A DNA stretch of 64,000 nucleotides from Acidobacteriota bacterium (GTDB lineage: Bacteria > Acidobacteriota > UBA890 > WLXD01), in the NCBI GenBank assembly GCA_965248695.1, contig CBDFKD010000002.1, positions 5,440,001-5,504,000 on the forward strand, read 5' to 3'. Shown here piece by piece: positions 51,468-62,943 of this stretch (within the stretch, counting starts at the first letter, position 1; the number at the start of each line of letters is the position of its first letter). The translations under genes and the position numbers were made by a program. The notes beneath the pieces were generated by a model. That model had not been told where the DNA came from. It was given only the letters and a program-made list of their open reading frames with translations, and searched no databases.

Positions 51468-52141
51468 GCGCCGCCCGCCGCATCGCCCTCATCGTCGCCA
51501 AGGACCTGCGTGGCGAGCTGCGCACCAAGGAGGCCCTGACCTCGACGGTGTTCTTCTCACTGCTGGTGTTGTTGGTGTTCAACTTCGCGTTCGATCCCGG
51601 TACCCGTGACCTGAGCGTCGTCGGCGCCGGCATCCTGTGGATCGCCTTTCTGTTCGGGTCCATCCTGGCGATGAACCGCCTGATGCTCGACGAGCGCGAG
51701 GATGCCAGCCTCGAGGGGCTGATGCTCTGCCCGGTTGAGCGCACCAGCCTGTACGTCGCCAAGTGCATCACGTTGTTCGTGTTACTCACAACGACGGAGA
51801 CCGTGACCCTGGGCCTGTTCATAGTGTTCTTCAATGTGCCGGTAGATGGTCACTTCGGCGGGCTTGTCCTCGTCGTCGGACTCGGGACCATCGGGCTGGT
51901 GGCTTTGGGCACCACTCTCGCCACCATGTCGGTTCGGACAAGGACTAGAGAAGTGATGTTACCGCTGCTGCTCATACCTGTCGCCGTCCCGCTCTTGATT
52001 GCCTGCGTCGAGACAACCGGCTCCATTTTGGCCGGTCGAGGTCTCGCAGACGAGCTACACTGGCTGCAGCTGCTGACCGCTTTCGACGCGTTGTTCTTAG
52101 CGCTCGGGTACATGACATTCCCCGCCTTGCTCGAGGAGTGA
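51464..52141 (+). CDS. ccmB: Heme exporter permease
   Basis: KDLRGELR, GILWIA and LLPLLLIP-like segment; about 6 TM helices. Confidence 0.9.
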   Translation: MSAARRIALIVAKDLRGELRTKEALTSTVFFSLLVLLVFNFAFDPGTRDLSVVGAGILWIAFLFGSILAMNRLMLDEREDASLEGLMLCPVERTSLYVAKCITLFVLLTTTETVTLGLFIVFFNVPVDGHFGGLVLVVGLGTIGLVALGTTLATMSVRTRTREVMLPLLLIPVAVPLLIACVETTGSILAGRGLADELHWLQLLTAFDALFLALGYMTFPALLEE

Positions 52142-52875
52142 AACGCGTGACCGCCATCCGAATCGAGACCCCCCCCGCCGGTGGCGCTGACTTTCTCCGC
52201 ACACTCGTAGTGCTCGCGCTTGTAGCATCGCTCGTCGCGCTGTGGGCGGCGTTCATCTATGCGCCCACCGAACGCACGGAGCGTGACGTGCAGCGCATCC
52301 TGTACATGCATGTGCCCGCGGCCATGACCATGTACGTCGCGTACGGTCTCGTGTTTCTCGCCAGCGTCATGTACTTGGCGCGGCGCGACAGCCGCTGGGA
52401 CGAGTTGGCCGCAGCGTCGGCCGAGGTCGGGACAGTGTTCGCCACCACGGTCTTGGTTACCGGCCCCATTTGGGCCAAGAAAGCATGGGGTACGTATTGG
52501 ATCTGGGACGCGCGCCTCACCAGCATGTTGGTGTTGTGGCTGATTTTCTGCGCCTACCTGATGCTGCGCGCGTACGGGGGCGACCGCGAACAGGTGGCAC
52601 GCTACTGTGCCGTCTTGGCCATCATCGGCTTCGCCGACCTTCCGATAATCCACTACTCGGTACAGTGGTGGCGCACACTCCACCCTGAGCCCAAGATCAT
52701 GACGCAAGGCTCCATGGGCGGCGGCTTGGAGCAATCTATGCTGATTGCTTTCGCGCTCGGCACCCTGGCAGCATTTATGCTATTCGCAGTCCTGCTGCGA
52801 CTGCGATTGCGTCTCGAGCGCGCAGGGCGCCGGGTCGACGTAGCCGGGCAGCTACTTCGTTCGGAAATTTTGTGA
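52138..52875 (+). CDS. ccmC: Heme exporter protein C
   Basis: YMHVP, WAKKAWGTYWIWDARLT and WWRTLHP. Confidence 0.93.
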   Translation: MKRVTAIRIETPPAGGADFLRTLVVLALVASLVALWAAFIYAPTERTERDVQRILYMHVPAAMTMYVAYGLVFLASVMYLARRDSRWDELAAASAEVGTVFATTVLVTGPIWAKKAWGTYWIWDARLTSMLVLWLIFCAYLMLRAYGGDREQVARYCAVLAIIGFADLPIIHYSVQWWRTLHPEPKIMTQGSMGGGLEQSMLIAFALGTLAAFMLFAVLLRLRLRLERAGRRVDVAGQLLRSEIL

Positions 52876-52891
52876 CTTGGCGGCAGAGGGA

Positions 52892-53047
52892 ATGACGACA
52901 ACGATGAGCGACCTCGGGTTCTTGTTCGCCGGTTTCGCCGCCGCCTGGGCGGTCGCGTTCGCGTATCTGTGGTCTCTCGCGAAGCGCACGCAGGCTCTGC
53001 AGCAGCAGCTCAGTAGGATCGAGGAACGTATCGACCGGGACGGCTGA
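52892..53047 (+). CDS. ccmD: Heme exporter protein D (51 aa; absent from the ORF track)
   Basis: MTTTMSDLGFLFAGFAAAWAVAFAYLWSLAKRTQALQQQL...: one TM helix plus a coiled tail, directly after ccmC, with a GAGGG RBS. Confidence 0.78.
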   Translation: MTTTMSDLGFLFAGFAAAWAVAFAYLWSLAKRTQALQQQLSRIEERIDRDG

Positions 53048-53075
53048 GGTTCGGCATTCGATCATCAAGACTCGG

Positions 53076-54263
53076 TCAGCTCAGATCGTCAAGAAACGAC
53101 ACGCCGTCCGAAGGTGCATCAACGCGGAAGTTCTCCAAGATCGTGGCACCAAGGTCCGCGAACGCATGCGACCCGAGTGATCCAGACCGTACGTGGTCGC
53201 CGATTGCCAGCAACGGTGCGCATTCGCGAGTGTGATCTGTCCCGGGCCAGGTTGGATCGTTGCCGTGGTCGGCAGTGAGCATCAGCATGCCGTCGACCGG
53301 CAACGATTCCAGCCAGGCCGGAATCGCCCGGTCAAGCTGCTGCAACGCCATCGCGTACCCGGCGACATCGTTGCGGTGACCGAACAGCGAGTCGAAGTCG
53401 AGCAGGTTAGCAAGCACGAACGGCTCGCGCGGTTCCGCCAAACAGCGGCGGATCGCCTCGATTCCACTGGCGTTGTCAGCTGTTTTCTCGAACGCGTCGA
53501 TGCCGCGTCCACCGAAGACGTCGTTGATCTTGCCGATGGCCCGCGTACCGACGCCGGCTTGGCTCAGGTAGTCGAGCGCCGTGCACCGCGGCGGCGGCAG
53601 CGCGTAATCACGACGTTGCGACGACAAGCGGACGAACGCTCCCGGTCCGGCGCCGGTGAACGGACGGGCGATCACTCGCCCGACGCCGTGTTCGCCGGTC
53701 AGCAATCGACGAGCCTGCGCGCAGAGCGCATACAGCTCCTCGACAGGGAGCACGCGTTCATGTGCCGCAAGCTGAAAGACGCTGTCTCCCGACGTATAGA
53801 GAATCGGGTTTCCGGACCGCAAATGCTCGGCACCCAGGTCGTCGAGCACAGCCGTACCCGAGGCCTTGAAGTTGCCCAACACCTCGGTGCCAGTTGCGGC
53901 CCGGAACGCATCGACAACCGCGACGGGAAAGCCTTCCGGATACAGGGGAGGCGGGCGCTCTGCGACCACGCCCATGAGCTCCCAGTGCCCCACCATGGTG
54001 TCCTTGGCGGGGCCCTGCTCGATCAATCGCCCGTGGGCCGCGCGTGCCTCGTTCGGCGATGCCGTCAGAGCCGGTACACCGTTGATCCGATCCAGGCCGA
54101 GGGCCGCCAGGTTCGGCAGGGCGGGCGATTCCGCCTCGATGACGTGCGCCAGCGTATTCGCGCCGAGGTCACCGAACTCAGCGGCGTCGGGCGCTAGCCC
54201 ACAGCCAACGCTGTCGCAGACGACGACGACGAGGGGGTCGAATACCGGCAGGTGGCGGCCCAA
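53076..54263 (-). CDS. deoB: Phosphopentomutase
   Basis: DSVGCG, KDTMVGHWE, RVIARPF, GHRND, TADHGND and DHTRE. Confidence 0.94.
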   Translation of the reverse strand: MGRHLPVFDPLVVVVCDSVGCGLAPDAAEFGDLGANTLAHVIEAESPALPNLAALGLDRINGVPALTASPNEARAAHGRLIEQGPAKDTMVGHWELMGVVAERPPPLYPEGFPVAVVDAFRAATGTEVLGNFKASGTAVLDDLGAEHLRSGNPILYTSGDSVFQLAAHERVLPVEELYALCAQARRLLTGEHGVGRVIARPFTGAGPGAFVRLSSQRRDYALPPPRCTALDYLSQAGVGTRAIGKINDVFGGRGIDAFEKTADNASGIEAIRRCLAEPREPFVLANLLDFDSLFGHRNDVAGYAMALQQLDRAIPAWLESLPVDGMLMLTADHGNDPTWPGTDHTRECAPLLAIGDHVRSGSLGSHAFADLGATILENFRVDAPSDGVSFLDDLS

Positions 54264-54315
54264 TCGACGGCCCGACTAGCGCACCGCACGCCCACTAGAG
54301 TTCGTCCGCACCCTG

Positions 54316-55080
54316 CTAGCGCTCGGCGTCGGGGTCGAGACCGAGAGCGGCCGCGAGCTCGTCGGCGCGCGTCTTGGCCGACTGCGCGTACACCGAACCT
54401 TCGTGGTTGTCGACAATGCGCTGGTACGCCAGCATCGCCGCCTGTGATTCCCCAGCGGCCTCATGTGCTGTCGCCTTGGCGGTGAGCGCCTCCTCGACCG
54501 GGAACCCGGCGGGTGGATTGCGAATCACCTGATCGAACACCGCAACTGCATCCGCGAAACGGTCGTGCTGGGCGAACAGGTCACCCAGCCGGAGAAGCGA
54601 CAACGCACGCAACAACGGGGCGGTCGCCTGGGCGCCGGCGCGCAGGCTGGCTTCGGCATCCTCCAGTCCTCCCGCTTGGGCCAGGCTTGACCCCAAATAG
54701 AACGACGCGATGCGACCCGATGGGTACGTGCCGTACATATCCACTACCGCACGCAGCGCCGGGATCGCGGCCTCGAGCTTCGCCGTTTCCGTCTCGTAGA
54801 CCGGTGCAGCCGGAACGCTGGCAGGCACCGTAGTTGGCGCGCCGGCGAGCTCGGCATTGAACGCCTGCAGGGCGACAGCGAGCATCGCGGCAGCATTCTG
54901 CTCCTGTCGGTTTCGATACGACCGTATCCCGGCAAGCACCGACAGGGCGGCGACGATGAACAGCAGCACGAGGCCAATGCTCTTGCGTCGCTGCATGAAC
55001 CACGAAACAACGGTCGTGGCCCCGCGCTGAAACTCGTCCTGCTGCTTGAGATCCTTACGGACTACGTGATCTGCAGACAT
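54316..55080 (-). CDS. YfgM-like membrane-anchored TPR protein
   Basis: RKDLKQQDEF N-terminus, single TM helix, TPR-like helices. Confidence 0.7.
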   Translation of the reverse strand: MSADHVVRKDLKQQDEFQRGATTVVSWFMQRRKSIGLVLLFIVAALSVLAGIRSYRNRQEQNAAAMLAVALQAFNAELAGAPTTVPASVPAAPVYETETAKLEAAIPALRAVVDMYGTYPSGRIASFYLGSSLAQAGGLEDAEASLRAGAQATAPLLRALSLLRLGDLFAQHDRFADAVAVFDQVIRNPPAGFPVEEALTAKATAHEAAGESQAAMLAYQRIVDNHEGSVYAQSAKTRADELAAALGLDPDAER

Positions 55081-55116
55081 CGCAAAATCTTAGCACGGTG
55101 CCAGGGCCGCGCTTGG

Positions 55117-55587
55117 TCACTCGGACGCCTTGACGAGATCGGGCCCCTCGACCCAGAACGCGCCATCCGGTCCGGTCTCGCGCTTCCAGATGGGCGCCTC
55201 CTGCTTGAGCGTATCGATAACGTACCGCGACGCTTCGAAGGCCTCGGCGCGGTGCACGGCCGACACCGCAATCGCTACCGAAGCGTCGCCGATCTCGAGG
55301 CGCCCGACACGATGGTGAATCGCCAACGCCTCGACCTCCCAACGCTGGCAGGCGCGCTCTGCAATGTCTCTCAACACCGCCTCGGACATTGGCACGTAGG
55401 CCTCGTATTCCAGGAAGCTGACCGCCTTGCCCTCGTGATGATCGCGCACCACACCCTCGAAGGTAACGATGGCACCGGCGACGGCCGAGCTCACACGTCG
55501 CGCCAGCTCGGCGGCGGAGATTGCTTCGCCGGTCACCCGGACCTCTACCGCGCCCTTGGCCTCGCCCGTGTGTCGTTGATCGCTCAA
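55117..55587 (-). CDS. moaE: Molybdopterin synthase catalytic subunit
   Basis: GAIVTFEGVVR, LEYEAY, HRVG and APIWKRE. Confidence 0.94.
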   Translation of the reverse strand: MSDQRHTGEAKGAVEVRVTGEAISAAELARRVSSAVAGAIVTFEGVVRDHHEGKAVSFLEYEAYVPMSEAVLRDIAERACQRWEVEALAIHHRVGRLEIGDASVAIAVSAVHRAEAFEASRYVIDTLKQEAPIWKRETGPDGAFWVEGPDLVKASE

Positions 55588-55596
55588 GGTCGCCGT

Positions 55597-55842
55597 TCAG
55601 CCGCCGCTTACCGGCGGGATCATCGCCACCACATCGCCGTCGCGCAGACGCGTATCCCAGCCGGCGTAGCCCTCGTTGACGGCCACCAGGAGACGTTCGC
55701 GCATCCCCTCGAGCGCCGGCGCCCCGGCAGCCAGCGCTGCAAAGCACTCGGCCACGGTCGCGCCGGCCGACAGCTGCAGGTTGACGCGCTCGCCGCCGCA
55801 GATCTCGCGGGCGCGGGCAAACAGCAGTACTTCTATTTGCAA
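55597..55842 (-). CDS. moaD: Molybdopterin synthase sulfur carrier subunit
   Basis: LFARARE, VAVN and C-terminal PPVSGG. Confidence 0.92.
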   Translation of the reverse strand: MQIEVLLFARAREICGGERVNLQLSAGATVAECFAALAAGAPALEGMRERLLVAVNEGYAGWDTRLRDGDVVAMIPPVSGG

Positions 55843-55855
55843 GACGCGAACGGCC

Positions 55856-56875
55856 TCAGCCGCCGATCGCCGACATCGTCCGTGCCGGCCGGACGAAATC
55901 ATCGCTGTTGATCAGGTGCCCTTCTTCCTTGCGGCGCCACGCACCGGTGATGAGCTCCAGGAGCTGGTCGTCGGATGCGCCGGTACGCATGGGTTGCTTC
56001 AGATCGACCTCTGCGAGCGAGAACAGGCAGGTGCGCAACTTGCCGTCGGCGGTTACGCGAGCGCGGTTGCAGGCGCCGCAGAACGGCCGGGTAACCGGTG
56101 AGATGATCCCGATCTCCCCTACTCCGTCACGAAACCGGAAGCGCTCGGCAGTCTCAGCCGGGTGGTTCGCGTCGACCGGCTCGAGTCCGCCCCACGCGTC
56201 GTCGAACGCCGCGTGGACTTCTCGACCTGGCACCATCATTTCTTTGCTCCACACGTCGCCGGCCTCGAGCGGCATGAACTCGATAAACCGTACGATCACG
56301 TCCAGCTCGCGCGCCAGAGCACCGAAGGCAACGAATTCATCGTCGTTGAAGCCGCGCAACGGAACCACGTTGACTTTCACCGGCCCCAGGTCTGCTTGGC
56401 GCGCGACGTCGATGGCGTCAAGCACCTTGGATAGGCCGGTACGACGGGTAAGCAGGCGGAACCGTTCCGGCCGCAGGGTATCGAGACTGATGTTCACTCG
56501 CTGCAGGCCGGCAGCGACCAGGCCGTCGATCTGCTCGCGCAGAAAGATCCCGTTCGTTGTGAGGGCCAGGTCGTGCACCCCATCGAGTCCATCTAGCGTC
56601 GCCACCAGCCGGTACAGGTCGCGTCGCAGAAGCGGCTCGCCGCCGGTAAGCCGGACCTTGGCCACCCCCAGGCCGCAGAAGAGCCGCACCACGCGCTCCA
56701 TCTCCTCGAACGTCAACAGCTCGTCGCGCGGCTGGAACTGCGGCGCTTCTTCCGGAATGCAATAGGCGCACCGCAGATTGCAGCGGTCGGTCACCGACAG
56801 ACGCAAGTCACCAACAGGGCGTCCGTAGCTATCCGCAATGGGAGGGCTGGCGGGGGCTGGCTCAAGCATGACCAC
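55856..56875 (-). CDS. moaA: GTP 3',8-cyclase
   Basis: TDRCNLRCAYC, FCGACNR...C and C-terminal MSAIGG. Confidence 0.96.
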   Translation of the reverse strand: MVMLEPAPASPPIADSYGRPVGDLRLSVTDRCNLRCAYCIPEEAPQFQPRDELLTFEEMERVVRLFCGLGVAKVRLTGGEPLLRRDLYRLVATLDGLDGVHDLALTTNGIFLREQIDGLVAAGLQRVNISLDTLRPERFRLLTRRTGLSKVLDAIDVARQADLGPVKVNVVPLRGFNDDEFVAFGALARELDVIVRFIEFMPLEAGDVWSKEMMVPGREVHAAFDDAWGGLEPVDANHPAETAERFRFRDGVGEIGIISPVTRPFCGACNRARVTADGKLRTCLFSLAEVDLKQPMRTGASDDQLLELITGAWRRKEEGHLINSDDFVRPARTMSAIGG

Positions 56876-56942
56876 AGGCTAGCCCGGTGTCGCGCGGCGG
56901 GTCAATCGCTCCGTGGTAGCATCCGCGCTCCGGGAAGGCGAG

Positions 56943-57404
56943 ATGAGCAAACTGCAGGGTTACGGCTGGCTGCTGGTGGGGGCCGTTCTGGCCCTGGCGG
57001 TGCCGATTCTGGCGATCGATCAGCTGGCGATCGGCATTCTCTCCGCTATCCTTCCGCTGCCGTGGGGGCGGCTGGGGATCGCAGTGCTGATCTTCTGGAC
57101 CGCGGCGGCGCTCTACTTCCGCAGCCACTGGGCTGCGACACTGGATCTTCTGCAGGCCAAACACCGTCAGCTTTCCGCAGCGAACGAGCGCCTCAGAGAC
57201 ATCGCCGCCGATGCCGAGCGCTCGGCCTACCTGCTGGCCGATAATCTCGAGGAGGTCAAAGCCGGCGATGGCGGCACGCACGCCATGTATCTCGACGGCG
57301 CCCGCGCCCACGCCGCCAAGCTCGCCGACGTCGGCAAACGCTGCCGAGCCGTCGGCGCGCAGCTGGTGGCGACACCGTCTACAGATGCCGACGACCTGCG
57401 GTGA
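56943..57404 (+). CDS. Hypothetical membrane protein
   Basis: Two TM segments plus a coiled region; overlaps the downstream NUDIX gene (GTGA). Confidence 0.55.
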   Translation: MSKLQGYGWLLVGAVLALAVPILAIDQLAIGILSAILPLPWGRLGIAVLIFWTAAALYFRSHWAATLDLLQAKHRQLSAANERLRDIAADAERSAYLLADNLEEVKAGDGGTHAMYLDGARAHAAKLADVGKRCRAVGAQLVATPSTDADDLR

Positions 57405-57790
57405 GCGCAGCGATCGAGGTCGTCGCAGCGGTGGTCAGGAACGGCGATCGCATCCTGCTTTGTCAGCGTCACGACGGCGATCATCTGCCGCTGATGTGGG
57501 AGTTCCCAGGCGGCAAGATCGAGGCGGACGAGACACCGACAGCGGCACTCCTGCGTGAGCTCGAAGAGGAGCTCGGCGTCGTCTCCAGCATCGGCGCGCA
57601 ACTCGCCGAGGAGCGTCATGCCTATCCCGAGAAGCGTGTCCGGTTGCGCTTCTTCGAGGCGACCATCACCGGAACGCCGGAGCCACGCGTACACCGTCAG
57701 CTGCGCTGGGTACCGCTGGCCGATCTGGGCGACTACCCGGTACCGCCACCGAACGCCCGTGTTGTGGCGCTGCTACAGACGGAGCCGTAG
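57401..57790 (+). CDS. MutT/NudG-like NUDIX hydrolase
   Basis: WEFPGGKIEADET...LLRELEEELG Nudix box. Confidence 0.9.
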   Translation: MSAAIEVVAAVVRNGDRILLCQRHDGDHLPLMWEFPGGKIEADETPTAALLRELEEELGVVSSIGAQLAEERHAYPEKRVRLRFFEATITGTPEPRVHRQLRWVPLADLGDYPVPPPNARVVALLQTEP

Positions 57791-58038
57791 CGCCGAGGCT
57801 AACTGCTGAGCGATGTCATCGAACGTCGACGGCTGGCTCAGATCTGACAACTGAACTGCCCCTTCGCAGACTCCGGTGAACTCGTCGTTCACTGAACCTG
57901 TGGAAACCGTTGTTGAAAATCAACCGGCCGTGACCGACGGCGCGTATGACCGCAGGGCCTGCAGCGAATTGCACCATCAGCGGTGCAGCGTGACCGGACC
58001 TCGCCGGAGCCGGCGCGCCGCACTTGTGCCACCGCCTG

Positions 58039-59115
58039 CTAGCGGCCGATCCACACGCGCCATCGATCGACTACGCGCTGACCGCGAACCACGAAACACT
58101 CCGGAAAGCACGCTGCTGTGAGACAGGAGTGGTTCGGCAGGATACGCAGGCGCGTGCCGACCGGCTGGGTACGGGAGAGCTTGCCGTGTTCCTGGCTCAG
58201 CGAAACGACCCGCAAGTCGTCGTGCAACGTGCCGGCGTCGTAGTCATCGTAGATCTCGCCCATGGTCGCTGGCGGCAAGCCCGGGTCCTTGGAGAGGGCC
58301 AGCGCGCCCGCATCGAGAATCGCGTGATCGGGCCCGCTGGAGACGACGCTGCTGACGACGGTGAGCGCGCAGTCGGTCACCGCGCAGGAGCCGAGACGTA
58401 CCTGCATCATGTCGAAGTACGCGTAGTTGCCCGGCCGCGCTTCCGTGACACCGTCCAGATTGCGGACAGCGGTCATTGATGGCGTGGAGCCAACGCTGAG
58501 GGCGGGCACCTCGTGGCCGGCGGCGCGAAGCCGCGTAGCGACCTCGACCAGGCATCGTCGCTCAGCCTCGGCGGCTTCGGCACGGCCTTCCACCGTGTCG
58601 TGATCGTAGGCATCACCGGAATGCGACAAGAGGCCCGCGAGGCGCAGCCGGCCGGAGTCGATAGCGGCCACCAGGATTTCCGCCATGTCGGCAGCCGGAT
58701 CGATACCGGCGCGGCCGTACCCGCAATCGACCTTGATCCAGGTCTTGAATGGATGCTGGGTAGCGGACAAAGCCGCCACCGCCGCCAGCGAGTCCACCAC
58801 GACGCCCAGGTCGACACGCTGCGCCAACGTCAGCGCCTGAGGGATGCGCGACAGGATCATCGGAAACGCCCAGGTGATGTCTTCGAACCCTGCGTCGGCG
58901 AACACCTCGGCCTCGAACAGCGTCGCCGCGGTGATCCCGGTGGCGCCTTCCTCGACCTGAAGCTGCCCGATCTCGACGCACTTGTGCGTCTTGACGTGAG
59001 GCCGCAGCGCCACGCCGAGCTGCTCCGCCCGCGCCGCCATGGCGCTGACGTTGCACTCCAGCTTGTCCAGGTCGACGATCAGCGCCGGAGTCGGGAGGTC
59101 ATCAAGATTCATCAT
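58039..59115 (-). CDS. PLP-dependent D-threonine aldolase / D-serine dehydratase (DSD1-like)
   Basis: TPAL, RPHVKTHK, GSTP, RPGNY, SQEHG and PNHSC. Confidence 0.88.
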   Translation of the reverse strand: MMNLDDLPTPALIVDLDKLECNVSAMAARAEQLGVALRPHVKTHKCVEIGQLQVEEGATGITAATLFEAEVFADAGFEDITWAFPMILSRIPQALTLAQRVDLGVVVDSLAAVAALSATQHPFKTWIKVDCGYGRAGIDPAADMAEILVAAIDSGRLRLAGLLSHSGDAYDHDTVEGRAEAAEAERRCLVEVATRLRAAGHEVPALSVGSTPSMTAVRNLDGVTEARPGNYAYFDMMQVRLGSCAVTDCALTVVSSVVSSGPDHAILDAGALALSKDPGLPPATMGEIYDDYDAGTLHDDLRVVSLSQEHGKLSRTQPVGTRLRILPNHSCLTAACFPECFVVRGQRVVDRWRVWIGR

Positions 59116-59138
59116 CTCGGGCTCCAGTCGTTGATACG

Positions 59139-60254
59139 ATGGCTACGGCCATGTCGAGAAAGATCCTGCACCTGGACCTCGATGCCTTCTACCCCTCCGT
59201 CGAGGTTCTCGACAATCCGGAGCTCGCCGGCAAGCCGGTGATCGTGGGAGGGCTCGGAAGGCGCGGCGTCGTCGCCTCCGCCTCCTACGAAGCACGTGCG
59301 TTCCAAGTCCATTCCGCGCTGCCGATGGCGATCGCCCGCCGTCGGTGCCCGGATGGCATCTACCTGCGTCCGCGATTCGATCGCTATCGCGAGCTATCGA
59401 GATCGGTGTTCGACATTTACCGCGAGTGGACCGATCTGGTCCAGCCGTTGTCGCTCGACGAAGCCTACCTCGACGTGTCGCTGCGGCCGGAGAGTGGGGT
59501 CGACATCGCCACCCGTATCCGTCGTCTGGTGCGCGAGCGCTCCGGGCTCACCGTGTCGGCCGGTGTGGCGGGCAACAAGTTCCTCGCCAAGCTGGCGTCC
59601 GACCACGAAAAGCCTGACGGCCTGACGGCAATCGCCGCCGTCGATGCGGTCGATTTTCTGGCCCCCCTCGACGTCGAGCGCATCTGGGGCATCGGGCCTT
59701 CGACCGCCGCTCGCCTGCGAGAGGCAGGATTGTCGATGATTGGCGATCTGGCGGCCGCCCCGCCGGAACGGCTGCACCAGCTGCTGGGCAAGAGCGGCGC
59801 CCGCATCGCAGAGCTCGCGCTCGGCATCGATACCCGACCCGTAAGCAAACCGGGACAGCCGAAATCGATCTCCGCCGAGACCACGTTCGATCGCGACATC
59901 CGCAGCTGGCGGGAGGCGGCGCCACACGTTCGAGATTTCGCAACGCGACTCTGCGCTTCACTCGAGCGCCGAGATCTATGGGCCCGCACCGTCGTGCTGA
60001 AGGTCCGCTTTCACGATTTTCGCACCGTGACCCGTTCCCATACTCCCGGGCACCCCGTGAGGGAAACAGACGAGCTGCGGAACATCGCCCGCGGCCTGGC
60101 ACGACGCGTCGAGCTGCGCCGCGGAACAGGCATCCGATTGATCGGACTTGGCGTCGCCAACCTCGGGCGCCTCGATCAGCTGGCCGAGCGTGCCGGTGCC
60201 GGGTCTGCAGCCAGCCCCCTGCCGCAGATGCGACTCTTCGAGCCTGTGGAGTGA
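59139..60254 (+). CDS. dinB: DNA polymerase IV
   Basis: HLDLDAFY, SYEAR, SLDEAYLD and KPDG. Confidence 0.95.
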   Translation: MATAMSRKILHLDLDAFYPSVEVLDNPELAGKPVIVGGLGRRGVVASASYEARAFQVHSALPMAIARRRCPDGIYLRPRFDRYRELSRSVFDIYREWTDLVQPLSLDEAYLDVSLRPESGVDIATRIRRLVRERSGLTVSAGVAGNKFLAKLASDHEKPDGLTAIAAVDAVDFLAPLDVERIWGIGPSTAARLREAGLSMIGDLAAAPPERLHQLLGKSGARIAELALGIDTRPVSKPGQPKSISAETTFDRDIRSWREAAPHVRDFATRLCASLERRDLWARTVVLKVRFHDFRTVTRSHTPGHPVRETDELRNIARGLARRVELRRGTGIRLIGLGVANLGRLDQLAERAGAGSAASPLPQMRLFEPVE

Positions 60255-60357
60255 TCCCGCTTGGTTTGGTCTGAGCTGGCGGAATAGACTGTGCCGGCGC
60301 CGGTCCACGCGGGGGCCCGGCGCGGCATCGTACGGCGATTCGTTGGGGGGACGACGC

Positions 60358-61035
60358 ATGGCTTTGGATGTTCTGATCACTGGCGCCAATCGTGGCATCG
60401 GTCTCGAGCTTGCTCGCCAGATGTCGCGCAGGGGCGATCGTGTCATCGCCACGGCGCGCAACCCCGCTGCTGCCGACGAGCTGCGAGATCTCGAGCTGCG
60501 CATCGAGCCGCTCGACGTGACCAGTGCCGATCAGGCCGCGGGGCTCGCTGCAGCGCTCGAGGGTTCGGCGCTCGATGTACTGGTGAACAATGCCGGTATC
60601 GGAGTGCGGGGAGGCAATCTCGGCGGGCTCGATTTCGACAAGCTCATGCGGTTCTTCGATACGAATGCGCTCGGAGCCCTGCGCGTCACAGAAGCCCTGC
60701 TACCACACCTGCGTCGTGGGCAGTCGCGCAAAGTCATCCAGGTCACCAGCCTGATGGGAAGCATCACCGACAACACCAGCGGCGGATCGTACGGTTATCG
60801 AGCCAGCAAGGCTGCGCTCAACATGCTCAATCGAAGCTTGTCGGTTGATCTCGCCGTAGAGGGTTTCACTTGCGCCGTGCTCCATCCGGGGTGGGTGCAA
60901 ACGAACATGGGAGGCCTGGCGGCTCCCACGCGGGTCGAAGACTGCGTTGCCGGGCTCCTTCGCGTCATCGACGACCTGAGCCCCGATGCCACCGGAAGCT
61001 TCTTCGATTTCACCGGACAGGCGCTGCCGTGGTGA
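60358..61035 (+). CDS. SDR oxidoreductase (CsgA/C-factor-like)
   Basis: ITGANRGIG, NNAG, YRASKAALN and HPGWVQTNMGG. Confidence 0.92.
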   Translation: MALDVLITGANRGIGLELARQMSRRGDRVIATARNPAAADELRDLELRIEPLDVTSADQAAGLAAALEGSALDVLVNNAGIGVRGGNLGGLDFDKLMRFFDTNALGALRVTEALLPHLRRGQSRKVIQVTSLMGSITDNTSGGSYGYRASKAALNMLNRSLSVDLAVEGFTCAVLHPGWVQTNMGGLAAPTRVEDCVAGLLRVIDDLSPDATGSFFDFTGQALPW

Positions 61036-61214
61036 CGACCTCCGAGTCGGAGGCCACCAAGGGCGCGAAACACGACAACAGCTTCGACTGGCAGACCCAT
61101 CCCTCGGTAAACAGTCCGCGCCCGTGCCCGTGGTGCAGCTTTCCGGCGCTGCACGAGCAGCACTGCAAGCAGATCTGCCTGGCGTGTGGTTGGTATCGAT
61201 CCTGCGTGGACTGA
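61032..61214 (+). CDS. Small zinc-finger protein (60 aa)
   Basis: CPWC...HCKQICLACGWYRSCVD; GTG start overlaps the SDR stop (GTGA). Confidence 0.65.
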   Translation: MTTSESEATKGAKHDNSFDWQTHPSVNSPRPCPWCSFPALHEQHCKQICLACGWYRSCVD

Positions 61215-61239
61215 GATGCTCGGCCGGGGCTGAAACCCG

Positions 61240-62676
<1,437 letters not shown>

Positions 62677-62943
62677 CACATGCTCCTGCGACCCTGGCTG
62701 AGTAGCCCTCGGACTCGGTGAGAGTGAATCGACGGTTCGCGTCGGAGCCGTGGACACGCTCAGGCTTCGGAAAACCTCATTGTATGGACTTTCCGCTGCA
62801 ACCGCCCGCGACGCGGGCGCCGCCCGCTGCGCGAACCCGAGGACGGCCTCGCGAGCCACACACGAGGAAAAACCGCCTCGATTCGGTTAAGGTACAAGAA
62901 CGATCAGAATCGCACGAACTGGACACTGAGGGGGCAACGGCCG

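Noticed and set aside
59116-59150. LexA box before dinB
   Set aside because: The divergent spacer is very short and I see no palindromic SOS motif that I can support.
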